A DNA stretch of 64,000 nucleotides from Octopus vulgaris (lineage: Eukaryota): NCBI GenBank assembly GCA_951406725.2, contig OX597817.1:50902001-50966000 (forward strand), read 5' to 3'. Positions 54,887-64,000 of the stretch are shown in pieces. Made by a program: the position numbers and the translations under genes. A model generated the notes under the pieces. That model was not told where the DNA came from. It did not search any database and saw only the letters and a list, made by a program, of their open reading frames with translations. Each line of letters starts with the position of its first letter. Within the stretch, counting starts at the first letter, position 1.

Positions 54887-55117
54887 GTATGTATGTATGT
54901 ATGTATGTATGTATGTATGTATGTATGTATGTATATATATATATATATATATATATACGACGGGCCGCTTTCAGTTTCCGTCTACCAAATCCACTCACAA
55001 GGCTTTGGTTGACCCGAGGCTATAGCAGAAGATACTTGCTCAAGGGGCCACGCAGTGGGACTGAACCCAGAGCTATGTGCTTGGTAGACAAGCTAATTAC
55101 CATACAGCCACTCCTGC
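54641..55117 (-). mobile_element. SINE family A
   Basis: Homology to other copies, expanded internal (AT)n(ATGT)n. Confidence 0.88.
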
Positions 55118-55306
55118 GAATGTACATATGTATGTATGTATGCATGCATGTATGTATGCATACATGTATGTATGTGTGCCTACGTATATGAATGCATGTA
55201 CATATGGATGAAAGGAAAGACATGCATTTATATGTATGAATATACGTGTGTATATGTCCATACATGTATGCATCTGTATATGAATAAGTATATAAATACA
55301 TACATA

Positions 55307-55810
55307 TTGGATCATCCAATGAATAATACGTTTCCTTTTTATTTCATATATTTTTCCAAATTAAGATAAAGTTCTTTTTTAATCTAAAATATACTCTCCT
55401 TCATTTTCTACATTGCTCTGCTAGACCTGCAATGCCCTTCTTCCAAAATTCACTTGTCCGTGGGGGAAAATAATCTTCTAGTACTGTTCTGAGCTTGTCT
55501 ACAGTATTCATATTTATCCATCCAAGTGATTTTGAAGACTGCGGAATAATGATAATCAGATGGGGCAATGTCCGGTGAATATGGTGAGTGAGGCATGGTT
55601 TCCCATTCAAACTGTTACAGCTTTTGGAACGTCATCCTCACTGTATGTGGGCCGAGTATTTTCCTGATGGGAGAACATTTTTCGTCTTGAAACCAAAGAT
55701 GGTCATTTTTCTTCTAGCGCTGACTTAAGCTACCCAAGCTGCTCGCAGTAGATATCCTTTGTTATCGTTTGATTTAGGTTTAAAAGTTTGAAGCGAACTA
55801 AACCTTTCAT
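55307..55810 (-). mobile_element. Mariner (DD34D) transposase 3' fragment with TIR
   Basis: HSPYSPDIAPSDYH motif and FWKKGIAGL C-terminus; TA|TTGGATCATCCAAT TIR-like end. Confidence 0.85.
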
Positions 55811-56024
55811 ATCTCACTAAACAGGTATTTGAAGCTTGAAACTGATACTAGAGTAACTCACTGAAAACACTATTATTAAAATTAAAAAATATCCCCCGAA
55901 AAAGTCATTTTTAATTATTTTCCCAAATATATATATACTGAACATCCGGTTTCGTATGTACAACACGGGTTTTTTTATGGGCCTTAGAAAAACCGTAAAA
56001 ATAAATTGATCTATAAAGTATAGT

Positions 56025-56612
56025 AAAATAAACCTTAGTATTACTGGGAAACTGGGAGAGTGGCTGCATGATTTTCTGAGTGGCAGGAGTAAGACAGTTG
56101 TAGTCAATGGTGCTCACTCTGGAGAGACACTAATTCTCAGCGGAGTCCGGAGTGACATGTACTGGGCCCACTACTATTTGTAGTGGCACTCTCAGATTGT
56201 CCCCCGCGGTAGTCAGACAATCTGACTAGTTATGCTGACGATACAAAAGTATCGTCTGCAGTTAGGAACACAGAGGACATCATAAGACTGCAGAACGACC
56301 TGAATGAAATACACAAATGGACTAACAAAAATAAAAAGCAGTTCAATGCTATGATATTTCAGGCAATCCACTTTCGGTCCAACACCAGGCTAAAAGCGGA
56401 ATACATTGGACCAGAATGTAATACGATCCTAGAGTCAGAGTCGGTGCATGACCTAGGGTTTCCCATGAGCAATGATGTAACATTCCATGTGCATATCATC
56501 AAGATGTCATCACTGTGCAGGCGAGTGGCTGGCTGGATTTTGAGAACATTTAGGGCCAGGAAATCGGAAGTCCTGCTACTCATGTGGAATACTTTCGTTC
56601 TCAGCCATCCTC
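56025..56612 (+). mobile_element. CR1-clade LINE reverse-transcriptase fragment
   Basis: GKLGEWLHDFLSGRSKTVVVNG...SGV...VLGPLLF...SYADDTKV...LQNDLNEIHKW...DLG...GWILRTF, frameshifted. Confidence 0.88.
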
Positions 56613-56814
56613 GAAATTGCAGGCCTTGTACAAAAATTTGAAACCAATATTATTTGAGCTGTATTTAACCCAATGTGTGTGTGTGTGTGTGTGGGAATCA
56701 TTATATTGTTGTCTAGAGTTCTAGTCCTTTGTAATAGATGGATCTTCTGCAATTAGCATGGAGTATGTTGGTTTCATTCTCACACGATTTAGGGGAATGT
56801 GTAAGTCAATTCCA

Positions 56815-56950
56815 TGGACACTAGTGCTTGACTGATACTTAATTTATCGACCCCAAAAGGATGAAAGGCAAACAAGTAACCGACAGAATGTGAATTCAAA
56901 ACATAAAAACGGCTGAAATGCCCTATTGCTAACGGTTTTACCTCCTCACC
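56815..56950 (-). mobile_element. Old SINE family C fragment
   Basis: TTTATCGACCCCAAAAGGATGAAAGGCAAA core. Confidence 0.65.
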
Positions 56951-59009
56951 AATGTTAATAATATATCGACAAAATCAACACGAACAACAACAATAATAAT
57001 TATTCCAACAATATTTTAATCAAATATGACATTTGAGGTTCGAATATAAACTACAAGTTGTTATAAAATGAAATGAAAGCTTGCTGTGTTATTTTGTCTA
57101 TTTCCTCGCGAAAGAAAGAGAGCGAAATGAGAAATGCCCTGACCACTGGAAGTTTATTTATCGACCTTAAAAGATAAAAAAATTGTGGATGACATGGGCT
57201 GGAATTGAAATTTGAGTAAAGAGAGCTGGAAGGATTGGTAAGGAATTGTGCAATAAAAAGTGAGTCTGTAATGGCTCTACTAACGCCAATTTTCGTGGAA
57301 TTCGAAGCTCAAGCACAGGTCAGTTGGAAAAAGAAGATCGTAATCAAAGAATTTAAATACCAGCATTAGAATGGACTCAACTCTGCTAAAGACAGATATA
57401 CCTAACACGATGTGTTAGACCAATATTTATTCAAATTCGCGATCTTTAATGTCGAACTATCTAAGTAAACACCTGATTTACCATCTCTCTTTCAAGTGCC
57501 AGTAACACGACTTTATGGCAGAATATTGTTTGAAGTGTCAACGTTAGATATTTGATTACAGAGATTGAATCTCCTTCCAACTAAACGAGAAGACCAAACG
57601 AATTCTCAAACTTCCTATTAATGCCTTGAACTGCAGCTAAGTTATATGTGTCCTTTCTGAACTTGGATGCAGATGACAGAAGTGGATGGAGCTTGATCTA
57701 TTCATTTCAATAACAGCATTCTCTGTAGGCTGGAATATTCCTGAACATTATAAACGTATTGTGTAATAATAAAATTATGTTGAAAGTCATTCATGTCCAT
57801 ATGTTTACATATCGCATCGACATCAAAACCTCTTTGTAGATTCCATTTTATTTTGTTTTGTTTCAAAATATACTTGTTTACAAATTTTCTGTTCAAACTT
57901 TTTATCGGAATGTTCTTGTATTCTGATCCCTCTGGCGATTTTTCATAAATTTATTTTCCTACGAAATAACTATACATTAATTCACGACATTTCAACACTT
58001 TCATCTCTTATGTCTTATCGTCTGCTGCAGAAAATTCGAGAAAAAATGTCAAACCGAAATTTAAATTCATGACTCAAAAAACAGCAACAAATTATTATTT
58101 GGAGGTAAACATGAAAGCTGTATTTTATTGGTGTACTACGAAATTAATGTGAATTGCGAAAAAGACAGTCACGGAAAACGCAATTAGTATATATTACGGT
58201 AAAAGGTGCAGCCAGAAAGCATATATTGCAGTAGATTGAAGCCTACATTTTATAATTGATTTTCAAATATATGGATTTTTTCTTAAAATATACAAAAGTG
58301 TAATATATGTTTGGTAACGCTATGGTATGTGATAAATATTTTTTCCTTCTCAATCTGCTTCTTTTGACTTCGGAAACAACAACCGAATTATCCTCTGGAC
58401 ACATTCTCAGATGTCTAAGATAGAAAAAGGGCAAAATGTGTCTTCAGTAACGAAACCAGAGCCTTTGGGTTATCAATACCTTATGAGTAAAATCAGTAGA
58501 CGGAAACTACACAAGTCTTGTAGAGTATATATGCCTTTGTGTGTGTGTAGGAGAGAGAGACAGAATGTTTGTGAGTGTGTGTCATTGTGTATGTGTGTTC
58601 TTGTGTGTGTGTGTGTGTCTGCGTGTGTGCACACAGACGTGTGGAAGTGTGCTTGAGGCTATATGCGTGGAGACACGCATACACGTATATATGATTGTTA
58701 CATCTATAAAAATATCATTTAAATTCGAATATTTGTCTCAATTCACAAAGTGTTATAAAATTTCAATAAGAAAAGAAAGAAAAAGAGAAAATTCCCCGAA
58801 GCCATAACCTAAAAATGATAGAATAAAATAATATGGACAAATTTTAAAGACATTTAAATACCTGACACAGAAACAAAGACAATATTTCAACATTTCAATA
58901 AATAACAAGAAACTAATGTACCGATATTAAAGGATATTAGAAAACTATCGAAAATACAGTTCTTTGAATGAACTATAAAAAATGTATTTGCTATAAAATT
59001 GAAATATGG

Positions 59010-59370
59010 AGACACAGGCGTGGCTGTGTAGTAAGATGATTGTGTACGAGACACGCGGTCCTGGGTTCAGTTCTACTGCATGACATCTTGGGCAAATACA
59101 TTCTACTCAAGCCCCGGCATTTGGTAGACGGAAAATGAAAGAAGCACGTTAGGTATATATACACACACACATGTGTGTGTGTGCGTGTTTGTCCTCCATC
59201 ACCACATGACAACCGGTGTTGGTGTGTTTACGTCTGAGTAACTTAGCTGTCCTGCCAAATACACCGATAGAATAAGTGCCGTGCTTAGGAAATTAATAAA
59301 TAGTGGGGTCGTTTCCTTCGGCTAAAAATTATTCAAGGGGGTGCTCCAGCATAGTCGCAGTCCAGTGACT
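59010..59370 (+). mobile_element. Diverged SINE family A
   Basis: GGCGTGGCTGTGT head, ATTTGGTAGACGGAAA, GGTGCTCCAGCAT tail. Confidence 0.8.
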
Positions 59371-59371
59371 A

Positions 59372-60560
59372 GTGGTTGGCTGCGTCTCGTGTTTCCAAGC
59401 TTGCAATCCAGTTCACTTTCCTGGGTGTTTGAACCGCAGATGGCTCCGCAATCCAAGGGTTGCATGAAACATACGGGGACATTGTAGACAAGAGATAGAA
59501 GGGACTGGTTTGGGGAGGAATAGGCGCTGCTTTCTCTCCCGTCTCTTGAGTTCACCTCTTGCGACTCGGATTTACACGAAGTTCGCAGAACCCGTTTTGA
59601 TGGTGTGTCTCCAGAGGGGGGGGGTGCTGTTTGCCGAGATATCTTCCCAGTGTGCGGGGTCGATGTTGGTGCTTTTCAAGGTTGATTTGAGTTGGTCCTT
59701 GTACCGTCTCAAGGGGGCTCCACGAGGATGTTTTCCTTCAGACAGTTCACCGTAGAGACAGACCTTGGGAAGGCGATGTTCATTCATCCGACGGACGTGA
59801 CCTGACCATCGGAGTCGATGTTCAATGATCAAGGCTTCGATGCTCAAGAGACCTGATCTTTCAAGTACAGAGTTGTTGGTGATGTGATCTTCGCAGTTGA
59901 TGTTCAGGGTAGAGCGAAGTTTGGATTGCTGGAAGCACTCTAGTTTCTTCGTGTCCTAACGGTAAACAGTCCAGGTTTCACACCCGTACAGCAGAGTTGA
60001 TACGACAACAGCCCGATAGACCATGAGATTCGTTTTCAATGTCAAATCCTTGTTGCAAAGACCTTGGTTTTACGACGACCAAAAGAGGCATGACCTGATT
60101 GGATGCGGTATTCGATATCCTTAACTGATCCTGCCGTGGGTGACAGAGAACTTCCGAGATAGCAAAGGTCCTCGACGACCTCAACTGATTGGTTGTTGAT
60201 GGTAATGTTGGTGTTGTCAAGACTGATACGAGGAGCTGGTTGAGCGAGCACTTTGGTTTTGGCGATGTTCCCTTTCAGGCCCAAGGTTTGGTAAGCTCTG
60301 CTGAAGTTGTTTGTTAAGGTTTGTAGGTCTTCTGCAGTTGAAGCTGGGGATGCGTTATCATCAGCGTGTCTTGTGCTCTCGACAGTGACGTCATGATCGG
60401 AAACGCATGATGTTGAAAAGTCCACCATCAAATGTACATCTGAGTTCCACTCCGGGGTTGCCAGTTGGAAGTTCGGAGAGCATGGCAATGATGTACAGAG
60501 AAAACAGGGTTTGAGCAAGAACACATTCCTGCTTCAGGCCACAGGTGATCCTTAATTCTT
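59372..60560 (-). mobile_element. RTE-clade (BovB-like) LINE, 5'-truncated ORF2 pseudogene
   Basis: [62 protein letters not shown], with several frameshifts. Confidence 0.92.
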
Positions 60561-60639
60561 CAGAGATGAAGTCCAATGACTGGAACAATGCTAAAAATAA
60601 GATGTGTATACAAACACACACACACGCATACACACAAAT

Positions 60640-60709
<70 letters not shown>

Positions 60710-61140
60710 ATATATATATATAAGCATGTGTGTACCTTATTGACATATGTATGTGAATACAAATTTACACACATATATATCTCCATATATACGTACATAC
60801 ATAAGTATATAAATAGATTAGAAAAGCAAGATGTTTTTATTCTAGAACTCTGCAAATATTTGTTAAAAACAGCCAAAGAAAAACATCGATTAAGTCAATG
60901 ATAATCGTATTAAATGTAACAATGTAACACTCCGAAACTTAAAGTACATTCTTTTCTCGAAGTTGAGAACCTAATAATGACTAATTTAATTAGAATAAAT
61001 AACCAAAAAAGATCCCTTTGTTAGATTCCAGCTTCATTTTTGCGGTGAACGTAAATAAATCACAGCGAACAGATTTATCTGTAGATTCAGAGGCGCGTAC
61101 CTTTGCTTTCAGATGCGTATATCTGAAACGAAACAAAAAA

Positions 61141-61462
61141 AGGAGGAGTGGCTCTGTGGTAAGCAACTTGCTTACCAATCTCATAGTTCCGGGTTCAGTC
61201 CCACTGTATGGCACCTTCTGCTATAGCCTCGGGCCGACCAAATCCTTGTGAGCGGATTTGGTAGACGGAAACTGAAAGACGTCCGCGTATGTGTATATGT
61301 GTGTATGTGTTTGTGTGTCTGTGTTTGTCCCCCCAACATCGGTTGACAACCGATGCTGATGTGTTTACGTTCCCGTAACTTAGCGGTTCGACAAAAGAGA
61401 CTGATAGAATAAATATGAGGCTTACAAAGAATAAGTCCTGGTGTCGATTTTCTCGACTAAAA
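61141..61462 (+). mobile_element. SINE family A with CORE-region deletion and truncated tail
   Basis: Homology to other copies. Confidence 0.87.
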
Positions 61463-62197
61463 ATTCAACGGTTTAATGGTAGAAGAATTGTTTGGAAATT
61501 CTTTGTATACCGTTGGAGAACCGGCCGCAGAAACGCTAAACAGCAAATTCTAAAAGATTGTCTTATCAGATAGTAACTGTTTCTTCAGTTCAAGAATGAA
61601 GAACACCGATTTGCCAAATTCAATGCAATGCTGAGCTAATTACAAAATGAAGTTATGTTATGTTTCTTCCACATCTGATTTCAGATATTACTGTAATTTA
61701 CTTTTTCAAATACTGAAGGTTTTTTTCCTTATCCCAAGGTCAACCTTAATAACCCACATCTATGGTCAATGGATTTCCTGATCCAAATCTCATATCATTG
61801 TCCAAGTATCATCTAAGATATTCTACGTATGTTCTAAAGGAGATTTGACTGTTGTTCGATCTGTCGCTGAAACACTCATGGTGCCCTTATCTACTCATGT
61901 TTCTATTGTGTTGTGTCCAAAACCTGCGTGTACCGCACTCACCTCCATGCACACGTTTTTCCCAGAGCAACGGTTCATGTCTTTCCTAGAGTCGCAGGGA
62001 GCCGAATCAGAACTGTGTTAAATGATTATATATACAACTCCTAATAAATGTGGAGCGTACTTTTCTTTCGTTTGACAACTCACACGTATAAATACATGCA
62101 TAGTTACATATATACATATCTTGTCTTCTCCAGCGCCTTGATTTGAATCCTCTCTGTCTCTATAATCTCTCTAATAGATATACATATATATATATAC

Positions 62198-62257
<60 letters not shown>

Positions 62258-62311
62258 AAATGCATATATATGTATCCATATTTATCTACTATACACACAT
62301 TAAAAGTAATG

Positions 62312-62470
62312 ATGGTTTCAAATTTTGGCGGAAGGTCAATGATTTTGGGGCTGGAGTAACTCGATTACTTCGGTCCCATGGGTACTTAGTTCATGGACCT
62401 GATAGGAAAAAAAGTTGAACTCGGCGGAATTTGAACTCAGAACTCAGACGGATGAAATGCCACTGAGCTT
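62312..62470 (-). mobile_element. Old SINE family C
   Basis: GGTTTCAAATTTTGG...CTCGGCGGAATTTGAACTCAGAAC. Confidence 0.65.
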
Positions 62471-62479
62471 CTTTTTCTC

Positions 62480-63190
62480 CGCCTATTTTAATTTGGACAT
62501 CATCTCACCGATATAATTCTCAACAGTCTTGACGTATCTGCAAAGCCTATGGCCCCAGGCCTTTCTTTGACTCGCGGCAAATTAAAGAAAAAAAGAATGC
62601 TATCTACTCTGAGTTTTCGTCGTTAGCTCTTACATAATGCTCCATTGTAAGCGCATCCACTTGATATTTGCTTTGTATTATGCTAGCATTGAAGACATAA
62701 GTACATGTTAAGTATTTGTATGGATTCAGTAGATATCGCTTCTCCAAAATATGCGAAGTTTATATTTGTTAGAAATCGTTATTATTCTTTCTTTAGTACA
62801 TTATGCCGAATACTATAGAGAACGTTTTTTATGGAACTCTATACATTCATCTTCACTCTGGAAAAAAAATATAAAAACATATGTCTTAAAGAAATCGATA
62901 CATTTCCATAGGTTTCCGACAATTCGCTTGTCAGATGTGATTATATTCCAATAACTTTTACTTTAAAATCACTTGTAAAAAGCAACGAGTTGAGAGATTC
63001 AAGAGTAAGAAATGTCAGCAGTGTGATAATTCCATAGAATAATACATATATGGAATGGCGTATCTGCTGACAACTCTTCTGAGGATTTGATGCAAATTGA
63101 AGATAAAATGTCTTGAAGTATTCTGACGTGATTTTTCATAATTGAAGGTCTGTCACGACTTGTCAACATCAGGTCTAGAGAATAACTGTG
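62480..63190 (-). mobile_element. Very decayed LINE ORF2 3' remnant (RTE-like)
   Basis: Weak RLQW/EHYVRANDE motif and YADD-like HTADI segment. Confidence 0.35.
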
Positions 63191-63197
63191 CATTTTA

Positions 63198-63271
<74 letters not shown>

Positions 63272-63293
63272 ATATATGTGTATATACATATAT

Positions 63294-63363
63294 ATATTTG
63301 TGTATGTGTATGTATTGATACGTGGTCGTGCCTATGTACATATTAAACACAAATACACGCACA

Positions 63364-63416
<53 letters not shown>

Positions 63417-63490
63417 TTGTGTATGTGTGTGTATTGATGTGTGGTCGTGCCTGTATATGTACATATTAAAAACAAACACACGCACACGCA
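63294..63490. repeat. Local ~120-bp tandem duplication embedded in microsatellite
   Basis: ATTTGTGTATGTGT..GTATTGAT..GTGGTCGTGCCT..TATGTACATATTAAA occurs twice. Confidence 0.85.
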
Positions 63491-63559
63491 CATATATAGA
63501 TATTTACCAGTGACGTGAAAATCAGGATATATATATCTAGTGTGAGCGAACTATCCTTT

Positions 63560-64000
63560 ATTGTTGAGTTATTTCTGTAGCCTCCTGTTCATGCCTGAGT
63601 AATCCAGCTGATTTGTCGTATAATAGATAGGTTTATGGTGTTAACAGCAAAATAAAATTTACACCTCCATTACTTCATGCATGCCATACCTGAATTATTC
63701 TCAAGAAAAAACTATTCACCGTGGAATGGAGTAGTTATAAGTGTTGAAGTGTGGTAGTCTAGGCTTGTTTTAATGTTTTTCACCGTCTTCCCGATTTTGT
63801 ATATTTGAACTAGACAAAGCTACGATCTTCCCATGACGGCTCTTCCTCGCCTGCGCTTTATTCTCCCAGAGTTTCGAGGCAAATAGATCTGTTGACGCGG
63901 CTGATATTTTTATGGGCGTCTTCTTTTTATATTTTGGTGGATTTAGTGTTACAGAAAGAGTTATGAGAAGGTGGTTTCAGTTGTAAATTGTGGTGTTCTT
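63560..64000 (-). mobile_element. Possible PLE GIY-YIG C-terminal remnant
   Basis: ASKLWENK...GKIVA resembles the LSxxIWxLK...WxI segment. Weak. Confidence 0.3.

Overview
AT-rich, repeat-dense eukaryotic DNA with no host protein-coding gene that I can support. The repeat content (CORE-like and Meta-like tRNA-SINEs with internal microsatellites, RTE, CR1 and R4/Dong LINE remnants, very long (AT)n and (ATGT)n tracts) most resembles an Octopus/cephalopod intronic or intergenic region; this is an inference. Nearly all supplied ORFs are microsatellite or SINE artefacts. The real coding remnants are all decayed transposons: a Tx1/L1-type ORF1, two R4/Dong restriction-like endonucleases, CR1 and RTE reverse transcriptases, an I/Jockey-like LINE, and mariner and DD37D transposases. 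There is also a non-autonomous Helitron and several MITEs. Four observations stand out. (1) About ten minimal type-I hammerhead-ribozyme motifs of the Penelope-like (PLE) kind occur, mostly in short islands beside (AT)n tracts. One looks structurally complete (2616-2703) and one lies inside a perfect 139-bp palindrome. (2) An ORF1-only 'half-LINE' has a 3' tail matching the tail of the young SINE-B family, and SINE-B copies repeatedly join at a GGTATTTC-like site. (3) An R4/Dong-like LINE is associated with (CATA)n. (4) Several perfect or near-perfect fold-backs could form dsRNA. Coordinates of degenerate elements are approximate, and the SINE family letters A-E are my own labels.
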